The translations under genes and the position numbers were made by a program. The notes under the pieces are model-generated. The model saw nothing but the letters and a program-made list of their open reading frames with translations, was not told where the DNA came from and made no database searches. From Methanobacteriota archaeon (GTDB lineage Archaea; Thermoplasmatota; Poseidoniia; Poseidoniales; Poseidoniaceae): a DNA stretch of 64,000 nt. The stretch spans positions 3,278-67,277 of the forward strand of contig PBKJ01000023.1 in assembly GCA_002722135.1 (NCBI GenBank), in the 5' to 3' direction. Below are positions 1-8,970 of this stretch, piece after piece (the first letter of the stretch is position 1; every line of letters starts with the position of its first letter).

Positions 1-197
1 GGCGTGAACACGGGGATGCCGAGCCGGGCCGCTTCGGCTTCCATGTCAGGATGGCCGTGAAGCGTCGCGATGCGGATCGACGAGAAGACCTGCAGCCACG
101 TTTCGAGTTGACGCACGACGTCGCGTTCGGCGCCGCCGTACTGGGCGAAGGACCCCTTCACGATGAGCAAGGCCGGGCCGTCCGACGCTTCGCTCAT
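1..197 (-). CDS. glycosyltransferase-like protein, N-terminal fragment (gene runs off the left edge)
   Basis: A reverse-strand ATG (cat at 195-197) opens a frame that stays open to nt 1: MSEASDGPALLIVKGSFAQYGGAERDVVRQLETWLQVFSSIRIATLHG... The GGAER segment resembles the N-terminus of GT4-type glycosyltransferases. It is absent from the ORF track because it is truncated. Confidence 0.35.
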   Translation of the reverse strand, partial: MSEASDGPALLIVKGSFAQYGGAERDVVRQLETWLQVFSSIRIATLHGHPDMEAEAARLGIPVFT

Positions 198-243
198 GGC
201 GTGACGTCCCACGCGTTCGGCATCAAGGTGGCGACGTTGGGCC

Positions 244-1890
244 TCAGAACATGCCGTCCATGCCCATGCCGCCCATGCCACCCATACCGCCCATGCCACC
301 GTCGTCGGCGCCCTTGGGCTCAGGCTTGTCGGCGACCAGGGTTTCCGTGGTCAACACGAGGCCGGCGATGGAGCCGGCGTTCTGGAGGGCGTTGCGGGTC
401 ACCTTGACCGGATCGATGACGCCCATCTCGAAGAGGTCGCCGTATTCGCCGGTCTTGGCGTTGTAGCCGAAACTCCCCTCGCCGTCATCGACCTTCGCGG
501 CGACGATGGCGGGCTCGAGGCCGGCGTTGTCCACGATTTGGCGCAGCGGCGCCACGAGGGCGGAACGCACGATGCTCGCTCCGAGGGCTTCGTCACCGCT
601 CAGGTCGAGGTTGTCGAGCACGCCCGTCGAGCGGAAGAGCGCGAGGCCGCCACCGGCGACCACGCCTTCGGCCATGGCCGCGCGCGTGGCGTTGAGGGCA
701 TCGTCGACGCGGGCCTTCGTTTCCTTGGCTTCGGTTTCCGTCGCGGCGCCAATCTTCAGGACCGCAACACCTGAGCCGAGCTTGCCCACACGCTTCTCGA
801 TCTTCTCACGGTCCCACTTGGTGGTCGCGAGCTTGGCGCGACCGCGAAGCAGTTCCACGCGCTCGCCGACCGCGGCTTCGTCGCCGCCGCCGCCGATGAG
901 CGTGGTTTTGTTCTTCGTGACGATGACCTTCTCGGCGGTGCCGAGGGAGGCGATGCCTTGGGCCTGCAGGTCGCCACCCTTGTCCTTGGTGATGACCGCG
1001 CCACCGGTGAGGATGGCGATGTCGTCGAGCATCTCGCCCTGTTCGTCACCAAAGCCGGGCGCCTTGACCACGCAAGCCTTCAGCACCTTGGAGGCGACGT
1101 TAATCACCAGGGTGGCGAGGGCTTGGCCTTCGACGTCCTTGGCGACGATGAGGAGCGGGCGCTTCTGCTGCATGGCGTATTCGAGCACGGGAATGAGCTC
1201 CTGGGTGCTGTTGATGCTCTGGTCGGTCATCAGGACGAGCGGCGCCTCGAGCACCGCTTCGCGGCGCTCTTGGTCGGTCACCATGTAGGGGGACACGTAG
1301 CCCTTGTCGAACTCCATGCCGTCCACGACTTCGAGTTCGGTTTCCATGGACTTCGAGTCCTCGACGGTGATGACGCCTTCGCGTCCGACCTTGTCGAAGG
1401 CCTCGGCGATGAGCGCCCCAATCTCGGGGTCGTTGTTGGCCGCGATGGTCGCGACCTGACGGATCATGTCGCCGCTGTCCACCTCGATGGCGCTGCCCTT
1501 GAGGTGCTCCACCACGGCCGCAATGGCCGCATCGAAGCCGGACTTGAGGGCCACAGGGCTGGCGCCCGCGGTCACGTTGCGCATGCCTTGGTGCACCAAG
1601 GCCTGGGTCATCACCGAGGCCGTGGAGGTACCGTCACCGGCGTTGTCTTGGGTCTTCGAGGCCACTTCTTGGATGAGCTTGGCGCCCATGTTTGCAAAGG
1701 CGTCCTCAAGTTCGATGTCCTTGGCGATGGTCACGCCGTCGTTGATGATCGTTGGGCTGCCCCACGATTTCTCCAGCACCACGGTGCGGGCGGCGGGACC
1801 AAGGGTCACCTTGACCGCGTTCGCCACCGCGTCGATGCCTTCGACCAACTTGTTGCGCGCTTCGTCTCCGTACACAATTTGCTTCGCCAT
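244..1890 (-). CDS. groL: group I chaperonin GroEL (Cpn60)
   Basis: The 548-aa product begins [15 protein letters not shown] and contains [36 protein letters not shown] and [10 protein letters not shown]. It ends in the classic GGM-repeat tail ([18 protein letters not shown]). It sits directly downstream of groES. Confidence 0.97.
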   Translation of the reverse strand: MAKQIVYGDEARNKLVEGIDAVANAVKVTLGPAARTVVLEKSWGSPTIINDGVTIAKDIELEDAFANMGAKLIQEVASKTQDNAGDGTSTASVMTQALVHQGMRNVTAGASPVALKSGFDAAIAAVVEHLKGSAIEVDSGDMIRQVATIAANNDPEIGALIAEAFDKVGREGVITVEDSKSMETELEVVDGMEFDKGYVSPYMVTDQERREAVLEAPLVLMTDQSINSTQELIPVLEYAMQQKRPLLIVAKDVEGQALATLVINVASKVLKACVVKAPGFGDEQGEMLDDIAILTGGAVITKDKGGDLQAQGIASLGTAEKVIVTKNKTTLIGGGGDEAAVGERVELLRGRAKLATTKWDREKIEKRVGKLGSGVAVLKIGAATETEAKETKARVDDALNATRAAMAEGVVAGGGLALFRSTGVLDNLDLSGDEALGASIVRSALVAPLRQIVDNAGLEPAIVAAKVDDGEGSFGYNAKTGEYGDLFEMGVIDPVKVTRNALQNAGSIAGLVLTTETLVADKPEPKGADDGGMGGMGGMGGMGMDGMF

Positions 1891-1899
1891 GGTCTCACC

Positions 1900-2169
1900 T
1901 CAGTTGGTCACCTTTGCCTGGAGGTCTTCCTCCTTGATGAGCAGGTACTCGATGCCGAGCCATTCGATGGTCGTCCCCGAGTAATTTCGGTAGATGACGC
2001 GATCCCCTTCAGCAACGTGCTCCGCGTCGGGGCCAACGGCCAACACGCGACCGACGTTCATCGCGTCTCGTGCTTCTTCAGGCAGCAACAAGCCACCTGC
2101 GGTCGTTTCAGGGGCCTTCTCAATCTCAAGAAGGACCATCGCTGCCAACGGTTCAATGCCTACGCTCAT
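1900..2169 (-). CDS. groS: co-chaperonin GroES (Cpn10)
   Basis: Internal ATG (cat at 2167-2169) of track ORF 1900..2283. The 89-aa product reads MSVGIEPLAAMVLLEIEKAPETTAGGLLLPEEARD...GRVLAVGPD...GDRVIY, a typical GroES. There are 9 nt between its stop and the groEL start. Confidence 0.9.
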   Translation of the reverse strand: MSVGIEPLAAMVLLEIEKAPETTAGGLLLPEEARDAMNVGRVLAVGPDAEHVAEGDRVIYRNYSGTTIEWLGIEYLLIKEEDLQAKVTN

Positions 2170-2175
2170 GGTGTT

Positions 2176-2207
2176 CAACTCCAGGTTCACTAGTGAACTC
2201 AAGGTTG
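2176..2207. promoter_or_regulatory. imperfect 32-bp palindrome with a perfect 14-bp core (GTTCACTAGTGAAC, 2185-2198) upstream of groES
   Basis: Read directly as caacTCCAGgttcact/agtgaacTCAAGgttg. The core lies 16-29 bp upstream of the groES ATG, in the groES / 2437(+) divergent intergenic region. It is a candidate operator. Confidence 0.4.
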
Positions 2208-2436
2208 CGTAATCGGGGTGGTATTTCAATGCCACGAATTGAGACCGCGGTCGCCGCTGACGTGGGGCGGTCGGCAGGTTCAACCCGGACCGTCGTCACG
2301 ACAAGGCGTGGATGAAGAGGCACCGCTCGCGTCCGATGAGGACGACGACGATTGGCTGGCGGCCGAAATCGCCACTGGCCTGACCTTCGCCAGCAGCGAC
2401 GCCGTGATGCTGACCGAAGCCAAAGGGCTGCACCCC

Positions 2437-3198
2437 ATGGCGCGCTCGATCGCCGTGCTGGTCATCGTGGTCTCGTTGCTTGGTTTTGCCAACGGTTTGG
2501 ACTTCGCATCGCCAGAGCAAGGTGTGGTGCGGCCGGACGAGTTCGTCTATGCCATGTCGCGTGCCGCGCCAGAAGACACCGCCATCTTCCGCGGCAGTGT
2601 CGTGGACGAAGCTGGCGAGGGCCTCGAGAACGTCACCGTCTATGTGCAGTGGGAATCGGGGAACCAGTGGGTCTTCGCCGAGGCTCAAACCGATGCACAG
2701 GGCGAATATTTCCTCGAAAACCTCACGCCAGGTTTGGTTCGTGTGGACCTCTTGCTGGACCGGGACAACCACACCGACGTGCTGACCAACCGGGTCCTGC
2801 TGTCGCCGCCGGCGCTGTTCGAACCCTACGGATTCACCACGTTGAGGTTCGACTTCCCCTCGTCCGCACGGTTCGCGGCCGCGCCATGCAACAACGGTGC
2901 GGAGACCTGTGAGCTTCGCTCCATTGACAACTCAGCGCAACAAATGGAACATCCGATGATGGATCCTGCTGCGGCGGGGCTGTACGTGGTCATCGGCTTC
3001 GGATTCATGGGACTCGCGCTCATCAGCGGCGGCTTCGGTGTGATGTCGCTCAAACTTGGTTCGCTGCCCTTGCTTCGGGTCGGCGCCGTGCTGTCCATCT
3101 TCACCATGGGGCATTTCTACAGCGCCTGCATCCTTGGCCTGACGGCCGTCATCCTGACCTTCCTCGTGCCGCGCCGGCTTGTACCGGTCATGACCTGA
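2437..3198 (+). CDS. membrane protein with a carboxypeptidase-regulatory-like (CarboxypepD_reg) beta-sandwich domain
   Basis: An N-terminal signal/anchor (MARSIAVLVIVVSLLGF) is followed by FRGSVVDEAGEGLENVTVYVQW...TDAQGEYFLENLTPGLVRVDL and then 3 C-terminal TM helices. The start is uncertain: ATG 2437, ATG 2407 or the track start 2218, which would add an acidic extension. Confidence 0.5.
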   Translation: MARSIAVLVIVVSLLGFANGLDFASPEQGVVRPDEFVYAMSRAAPEDTAIFRGSVVDEAGEGLENVTVYVQWESGNQWVFAEAQTDAQGEYFLENLTPGLVRVDLLLDRDNHTDVLTNRVLLSPPALFEPYGFTTLRFDFPSSARFAAAPCNNGAETCELRSIDNSAQQMEHPMMDPAAAGLYVVIGFGFMGLALISGGFGVMSLKLGSLPLLRVGAVLSIFTMGHFYSACILGLTAVILTFLVPRRLVPVMT

Positions 3199-4558
3199 AG
3201 GCCTCAACGCCTTCGCCGATCACGCTGAATCGGTTCGGGGCTTGAGCCATCAGGCGTTGCAGATCTGCACCGTCGCACCACAGCAGCAGGTCCACCGCCT
3301 CCTCGCTGGTTCGGCGTTCCAACACCAAACCGGCGTTCCGAACGGCGTCTTCCAGGGCCGCCGTGGGCCGTTCACCCCCGTCGGGTGCAGCAATTCGAAG
3401 CACGCGGGCAGGCCCGTGAAGGTGCGTGAGGATGGCGTCGCGCAGGGCCACCATGCCTTCTCCCGTGTGCGCGGACACGAAGTGGGGGTCGAACAGGCCG
3501 ATGTCGGCCACCAGGTCCTCGACGGCTTTCCTCTGTTGGTTGTCGATGAGGTCGATTTTGGTCAGCACGACCATCACTTCCACGTCGTCCTCGTCGAGAC
3601 GGTCTTGCACCTCCCGAATCGAGGTGTTGAGGCGACGGAGCAACTCGTCTCCGTTGTCGCTGGCGTCCGCCATGAGCAGGAGCAAATCGCACTCCAGCGC
3701 CTCGGCCAAGGTGGCGCGGAAGGCCTCGAGCGTCTCGCTCGGAAGGGCATCGATGAACCCGATGGTGTCGGCCAGCAGCACACGTGGACTGGCCTCCATG
3801 CGACCCACGGTGGTCTCAAGCGTGGAGAACAAGCGGTCCTCGACGAGCACGGATTTTCCGGACAGGGCGCGGAAGAGGCTCGACTTTCCTGCGTTCGTGT
3901 AGCCCGCAAGACCGACCGTCCTCGCACCGCTGCGGGTGCGCTGCCTGCGTCGCTCGGATTGCGCCCGAGCGTGGCGCTGCAGGCGCTTACGAAGGCCCTC
4001 GATCTCTCGTCCCAAGGCCACCAACACTTCCGTTGCGCCCGTTGCACCCGCACCACCGTATCCGGCGCGCTCCCCCGTGGTTTCTTGTGAGATCAGTTCA
4101 CGGAGGACGGTTCGGTCGGACCGAAGCCTCGCGATGCGGACCTGCGTTCGGGCTTCAACCGAAGCGGCGTGGGCCGTGAACAAGGCCAGCAACAAGCGCA
4201 CGCGGTCCCAGACTTCGACACCCAACACCGTCGAGGTGGCCACCAGCTGCCGAGGCGTGGCGTTGGTGTGCATCAGCACGAGATCAACGCCGTGCCAGGC
4301 GTGACCATGTGGTGCACTGCGGAGCACATCTCCGACTTCGTCCAAGCGACCGCGGCCAAGGTAGGTGCGAGGGTCCTCCCGGCCGCGCTGCTTGACCACG
4401 TCGACGATGTCGATGCCCATCGTCTTCGCGAGGTCGGTGAATTCGGTCGTGTCCTCTTCACCGCGCACCACGAGCACGGCGCGACGGCCGGCATGGTCGG
4501 TGCGTGCTGCTCCGAGGAGCACGCCGCCCGCACCGGCCAACACGTCCCGTTGCGCCAT
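3188..4558 (-). CDS. hflX: GTPase HflX
   Basis: The 456-aa product has an HflX N-domain followed by G-motifs GYTNAGKSSLFRALSG (G1), DTIGFI (G3) and TKID (G4). The ATG at 4558 was verified. Confidence 0.9.
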   Translation of the reverse strand: MAQRDVLAGAGGVLLGAARTDHAGRRAVLVVRGEEDTTEFTDLAKTMGIDIVDVVKQRGREDPRTYLGRGRLDEVGDVLRSAPHGHAWHGVDLVLMHTNATPRQLVATSTVLGVEVWDRVRLLLALFTAHAASVEARTQVRIARLRSDRTVLRELISQETTGERAGYGGAGATGATEVLVALGREIEGLRKRLQRHARAQSERRRQRTRSGARTVGLAGYTNAGKSSLFRALSGKSVLVEDRLFSTLETTVGRMEASPRVLLADTIGFIDALPSETLEAFRATLAEALECDLLLLMADASDNGDELLRRLNTSIREVQDRLDEDDVEVMVVLTKIDLIDNQQRKAVEDLVADIGLFDPHFVSAHTGEGMVALRDAILTHLHGPARVLRIAAPDGGERPTAALEDAVRNAGLVLERRTSEEAVDLLLWCDGADLQRLMAQAPNRFSVIGEGVEAFRS

Positions 4559-4611
4559 CGCGACGAACTCGGCGTCTCTCCTATCAGCCCGATGGATGAG
4601 CCGTCAGCGTG

Positions 4612-4836
4612 ATGAGCAGGAAGCCTCCACGGAAGCACATGGAACCCGTGTCCGTCGACCTCCGCCTCGAGGGGCATGCGTCGAGCGCGTCCGTCGTTGT
4701 GGGCATGGAAGGCGTGACCACGAGCACTGAGGACAACGTCCTCGTCCTGCAGATCACGGCGCCGACGCTTCGCGAGGCGCAGATGGTTCTCGACGCTGCC
4801 CTTGCGGCCCTCAACGAGGCCCAAACCGCAGGTTGA
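4612..4836 (+). CDS. small hypothetical protein, possibly KEOPS subunit Pcc1-like
   Basis: The 74-aa product ends in ...NVLVLQITAPTLREAQMVLDAALAALNEA. This resembles the Pcc1/CTAG pattern (L.i.A.D...LR...NS.LRwi). The assignment is weak and pattern-based only. Confidence 0.3.
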   Translation: MSRKPPRKHMEPVSVDLRLEGHASSASVVVGMEGVTTSTEDNVLVLQITAPTLREAQMVLDAALAALNEAQTAG

Positions 4837-4880
4837 GCCCCGAGGCAGGGTTGATGAGGGCGGGCCCTGACCGGCGCGCG

Positions 4881-6470
4881 ATGGACGGAGAGGAAAGCGG
4901 CGGCCGCGCCCCCGTGGTCATCGTCCGTCCAACGACCAACGTCACCAGCGGCGTGGCCGTCACGCAGAAGCTCGTCCGAGCAGCCGTTGCCTTTGGCGAC
5001 CTCATCCGTGGCACCTATGGGCCCAACGGCTTGGACAAAATGCTGTACAAGTCCAACGGAGAAACCGCCGTCACCAACGACGGGGCCCGCATCGTGGCCG
5101 ACTTGCTGGTCAAGCATCCAGCGGCCAAGACCTTCGTGTCAATGGCGGAAACCCAGGAAAACGCCAGCGGCGATGGCGTCACGGGGTGCCTCATCTTCGC
5201 GGGGGAACTGATGCGTGAGGGTGGCCGCCTGCTCGAACGCAGCCTCCACCCGCTGACCCTTGTGGAAGGGTACCGTGAGGCTGCGGACATCACGTTGGCG
5301 ACCGCAGCACGCCGCAGCGTGGATGCTTCGTCCGCCGATGAAGCACGATGGCTGGACGTGGCGCTGACCGCCATGACCGGGACGAGCGCCGAAGCCGGTG
5401 GAGCGGAACTTGCTGCCCTGGTGGTGGACGCCGCCCTTCTCGTGCAACGAACGGCTCAAGGGAACCCGCTCTCCTACGAGCGCATCCGCATGGCCAAGCG
5501 CGGAGCAGGTGCCCTTGGTGACAGCCGCCTCATCCAAGGAATCATCCTCGATCAGCGCGTCGCATTGGACCGTCAAGCGCGACATTTGGAGCAGGTCAAG
5601 GTCGCGGTCCTGACCCGGCCGCTTGCCCTGCAGAAGGGTGTTCGTGAGACCGAAATTGAAGTCAACGACGTGGACCAACTCGAGTCCTTCATGGCCGCCG
5701 AGGATGCGCTTCTCGACGCGCATGCAGAAGCGGTGCTCGCCTCTGGCGCGCGCCTCATCGTCTGTGCCAAGGAGGTTGAGCCCCGCGTCCTCCACCGCCT
5801 TGTCGATGCGGGCTGCGTGGTGTTGGCAGACGTGGAGCGCGACGGGGCTGAAGACCTCGCCGAGGTGACGGGCGCGACGCTTTGCGAACACCTCGACGAC
5901 TTGACGGCCGAGTCCTTGGGATCGCTTGACCGCTTCTCGGTGGAAACCCTCGAAGGGGACGAAGGCCGCCGCGAACGCCTCATCTTCGAACATGCGAACA
6001 GCAGGCTGGCGTGCATCGACGTCGGGGGCAGTGCGGGCACGGCCACCGAGGAAGTGATTCGAGGCCTCTTCGACGCGCTTCGCTCGGTGATTGGGGCCAT
6101 GGACTCTGGCCGCTTGCTCCTCGGTGGAGGCAGCCTTCACATCGCCGCCGCTTCCGCGGTGCGTGAAGCGGCTGAGGCCGCGACTGGACGGCGAAGGTTG
6201 GCCATGGACGCGTACGCACGAGCGCTTGAAGCCGTTCCTGGGGCCCTCATCGATAACGCGGGGGCCAATCGCCTCGACGTGTTGCTTGATCTGCGGGCCG
6301 CCCACCGTGCGGGCCGAAGCGACGAGGGCGTCACTGTCGCAGGTGCCAATGGCGTCATCGAGCACGCATGGGCGAACGCCGAGACCCTCGAACATGCCAT
6401 CGAGGTGGCGACGGAAGCGGTGTGCGGCCTGCTTCGAATCGATCAGGTGATTTCGGCTCGGGGCGACTGA
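4881..6470 (+). CDS. thermosome-like group II chaperonin (divergent)
   Basis: Contains TYGPNGLDKML, VTNDGARIV, GDGVTGCLIFAGELM (canonical is GDGTT[ST]) and LLLGGGSLHIAAA (canonical is GGGAxE). I chose the MDGEESGGRAPVVIV start (ATG 4881). The track ORF starts at TTG 4833 and ATG 4854 is also possible. Confidence 0.85.
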   Translation: MDGEESGGRAPVVIVRPTTNVTSGVAVTQKLVRAAVAFGDLIRGTYGPNGLDKMLYKSNGETAVTNDGARIVADLLVKHPAAKTFVSMAETQENASGDGVTGCLIFAGELMREGGRLLERSLHPLTLVEGYREAADITLATAARRSVDASSADEARWLDVALTAMTGTSAEAGGAELAALVVDAALLVQRTAQGNPLSYERIRMAKRGAGALGDSRLIQGIILDQRVALDRQARHLEQVKVAVLTRPLALQKGVRETEIEVNDVDQLESFMAAEDALLDAHAEAVLASGARLIVCAKEVEPRVLHRLVDAGCVVLADVERDGAEDLAEVTGATLCEHLDDLTAESLGSLDRFSVETLEGDEGRRERLIFEHANSRLACIDVGGSAGTATEEVIRGLFDALRSVIGAMDSGRLLLGGGSLHIAAASAVREAAEAATGRRRLAMDAYARALEAVPGALIDNAGANRLDVLLDLRAAHRAGRSDEGVTVAGANGVIEHAWANAETLEHAIEVATEAVCGLLRIDQVISARGD

Positions 6471-6495
6471 CGCCACGTTCATAACCGGTCTACCG

Positions 6496-8160
6496 ATGCT
6501 CGATAAAACGGGTCACGCCATGCAACAGGAGCCCGTTCGGCCACGCGCCTTGCTCAGCGTGTGGGACAAGCGCGACATCGTCCCTTTCGCGCAAGGTCTT
6601 GCGGATTTGGGCTTCGAACTCCTGTCCACCGGCGGCACCGCGAGAACCTTGCGTGAAGCGGGATTGACGGTCACGGACGTGTCTGAGGCCACGGGCCATC
6701 CGGAGATTTTTGACGGGCGCGTGAAGTCGCTTCACCCCGCCATTCATGGCCCTCTGCTTGCTCGTTTGGAGCGAGAAGACGACGCTGCTCACCTCAAGGA
6801 ACTCGGTTATCCCGCCATTCAGGTGGTGGCGGTCAACCTCTACCCCTTTGCCGAGGCAGCCGCAAAAGATCCACCGCTCGCCGAATCCGAACTCCTCGAA
6901 ATGATCGACATTGGAGGCCCCACCCTTGTGCGGGCCTCGGCCAAGAACCACCGAAACGTCCTGATTGTGGTACGGCCAGAACGCTACACGGACGTGCTCG
7001 ATGCCCTGAGGTCCGCACCGACGCCCGAAGCCGTCGGCCTTGAACTGCGCCAAGCCTTGGCGCTGGAAGCCTTTCAGCAAACGTCGGGCTACGACACGGC
7101 CATCGCCCGAACCCTCCACGAGCGTTGGATTGGGGCACCGGAGTCCGTGGAGCACGTCGAGGACCAGGCCGACCGCTTGCCTGCGGTCATCCGCGTTGCT
7201 GCAACCCAAAGCCAAGTGCTTCGATACGGTGAAAACGCACACCAGGCGGCCGCTCTGTTTGTCGACGCTGCTTCGGTTGGTGATGCTTCGACCTTGGTCG
7301 GAGCTCAGGTTGAGGGCGGCAAAGCGATGTCCTACAACAATTACGCCGACGCCGACGCGTGCCTTCGGCTGTGCCGTTCGCTGTCCACCGAAGAATGGCC
7401 AGAAGCACCCCACGCGTGTGTCATCGTCAAACACGCCAACCCCTGCGGTGCAGCCCTTGGCGCAACGCAAGAGGAAGCCTTCTCACACGCCTTGGCTTCA
7501 GACCCGGAATCCGCGTTTGGCTCGATCATCGCCTTCAACACCCCCGTCACGTTGGCCACCGCCGAAGCCATTGGCGATCTCTTCGTCGAAGTCGTGATGG
7601 CCCCTGCGTACGACGAAGACGCGCGTGCGCACCTTCGTTCCAAGAGCAACCGCCGTCTGCTCACCCTTGCGTCACCGGGCGATCGGCTCGCTCCACTCGA
7701 GCGAACCTTGGTCCACAAGCCCATCGAAGGCGGTTGGCTGATGCAGACCGAGGAGCCTCCGCGGCTCGACCTCAACGATCTCTCCACGGTGACCGCCCGC
7801 CAGATGGACGCTGCCGATGCGGCATCAATGCGCTTCGCGGCAAGGGTCTGTGAACAGGTGAAATCGAACGCCATCGTCATGGTTCAGGGCCTGGCCACGG
7901 TCGGCATTGGGCCCGGCCAGACCAGCCGCGTGGAAGCGGTTCGCATCGCCAGCCGTCGGGCCGGTGAGCGGGCCCAGGATTGTGTGTTGGCTTCAGACGC
8001 GTTCTTCCCCTTCCCTGACGGCGTTGAACAGGCCGCCGAAGCCGGCGCCCGCCTGATCGTGCAACCCGGCGGCTCCATCCGTGACGAGCAGGTCATCGCC
8101 GCGGCGGACGCCTTGGGTGTGGCGATGGTGTTCACGGGTCGCAGGTTGTTCCGTCACTGA
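6496..8160 (+). CDS. purH: bifunctional AICAR transformylase / IMP cyclohydrolase PurH
   Basis: The 554-aa product has an MGS-like N-domain ([43 protein letters not shown]) followed by the AICARFT domain (KHANPCGAA). Confidence 0.95.
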   Translation: MLDKTGHAMQQEPVRPRALLSVWDKRDIVPFAQGLADLGFELLSTGGTARTLREAGLTVTDVSEATGHPEIFDGRVKSLHPAIHGPLLARLEREDDAAHLKELGYPAIQVVAVNLYPFAEAAAKDPPLAESELLEMIDIGGPTLVRASAKNHRNVLIVVRPERYTDVLDALRSAPTPEAVGLELRQALALEAFQQTSGYDTAIARTLHERWIGAPESVEHVEDQADRLPAVIRVAATQSQVLRYGENAHQAAALFVDAASVGDASTLVGAQVEGGKAMSYNNYADADACLRLCRSLSTEEWPEAPHACVIVKHANPCGAALGATQEEAFSHALASDPESAFGSIIAFNTPVTLATAEAIGDLFVEVVMAPAYDEDARAHLRSKSNRRLLTLASPGDRLAPLERTLVHKPIEGGWLMQTEEPPRLDLNDLSTVTARQMDAADAASMRFAARVCEQVKSNAIVMVQGLATVGIGPGQTSRVEAVRIASRRAGERAQDCVLASDAFFPFPDGVEQAAEAGARLIVQPGGSIRDEQVIAAADALGVAMVFTGRRLFRH

Positions 8161-8206
8161 ATTGGTGCGGGCCAAGGACCAAACGTCGGGCCTATACCGA
8201 GCAGGC

Positions 8207-8392
8207 ATGGGGCACCTCGAAGACGTCGGCATGGGCTATTTCGCGCACCTGAAAACGGCGTGGGGGATGGCCTTTCTCCTCCTCTTCGGGGGCGCGCGTC
8301 TGCTGATCCATGGGCTTCTGCCCTTTGTTGACACCGAAGCCGGCCAGCGGACCGTGACGAAGGCGAGGCGCCGGATGGGGTATGAGGACTGA
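8207..8392 (+). CDS. small membrane protein (DUF6356-like)
   Basis: Internal ATG 8207 of track ORF 8081..8392. The product MGHLEDVGMGYFAHLKTAWGMAFLLLFGGARLLIHGLLPFVDTEAGQRTV resembles a small conserved family that starts with HxxxA and has one TM helix. This is recognition by memory only. Confidence 0.4.
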   Translation: MGHLEDVGMGYFAHLKTAWGMAFLLLFGGARLLIHGLLPFVDTEAGQRTVTKARRRMGYED

Positions 8393-8893
8393 TCACGCCG
8401 TCCGAGTTCGGACGCGGATGAGGATGAACCACACGCCAATGAGTCCAGTCAAGAGCACCGTGGCCGGACCAAATCCGGGATCAGCTCCAGTCCATGTTGA
8501 GGGTTGGAATAAGGTGCCATCACCGCGGACAGAGACCTCCCACACGCCGTAAGCCGACAGAAGTGTGGAGGCCGTGATGAAGCCTGCAATGCCGTACTTC
8601 GCATGCTTTGGGACCGTTTTCCCCGTGGCGTAATACTCGAAAATAGCCGCTCCGAACCACCTGTTTTCCAAGGTCCAGCGGAACAGTCTCGGGCTGGACA
8701 TGGAGAAAAAGAAGGCAGCAGGCACCGCCCACGACACGGTCGGCCAGCCCGGCACCCAGATGCCGATGATGGCGAAGACGATGAAAATCAGGCCGAGCGA
8801 GAGGAAGACGATCCGCTTCACGGGGTTGGACGTGATGGCGTATGTCGCCATGACCTCGTCGACGGTGGCCAACCTGGCCGTGGACTCCGTCAT
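8393..8893 (-). CDS. DUF454 / YbaN-family inner membrane protein
   Basis: Internal ATG 8893. The product contains KRIVFLSLGLIFIVFAIIGIWVPGWPTVSWAVPAAFFFSMSSPRLFRW, the typical YbaN signature, and has 4 TM helices. Confidence 0.7.
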   Translation of the reverse strand: MTESTARLATVDEVMATYAITSNPVKRIVFLSLGLIFIVFAIIGIWVPGWPTVSWAVPAAFFFSMSSPRLFRWTLENRWFGAAIFEYYATGKTVPKHAKYGIAGFITASTLLSAYGVWEVSVRGDGTLFQPSTWTGADPGFGPATVLLTGLIGVWFILIRVRTRTA

Positions 8894-8970
8894 GTCCTCT
8901 TGGCAGAGGCCGTGATGAAAAAATGTCTCACGGCCGAAGCGCTCATCATTGGCCCAAACCTGCCCACAGC

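Noticed and set aside
251-300. Short tandem 9-nt periodicity (catgcc/cccatgcc...) at the left end
   Set aside because: It is the reverse complement of the GroEL C-terminal GGM repeat ([12 protein letters not shown]). It is a normal protein feature, not a CRISPR array or microsatellite.
958-2193. 411-aa plus-strand ORF
   Set aside because: It lies entirely antisense to groEL/groES. It has a Gly/Arg/His/Val-rich shadow composition and no motif. It is a typical GC-driven antisense ORF.
5139-6482. 447-aa minus-strand ORF
   Set aside because: It is antisense to the thermosome-like gene and has an Arg/Gly/Pro-rich shadow composition.
6490-7470. 326-aa minus-strand ORF
   Set aside because: It is antisense to purH, which is unambiguous.
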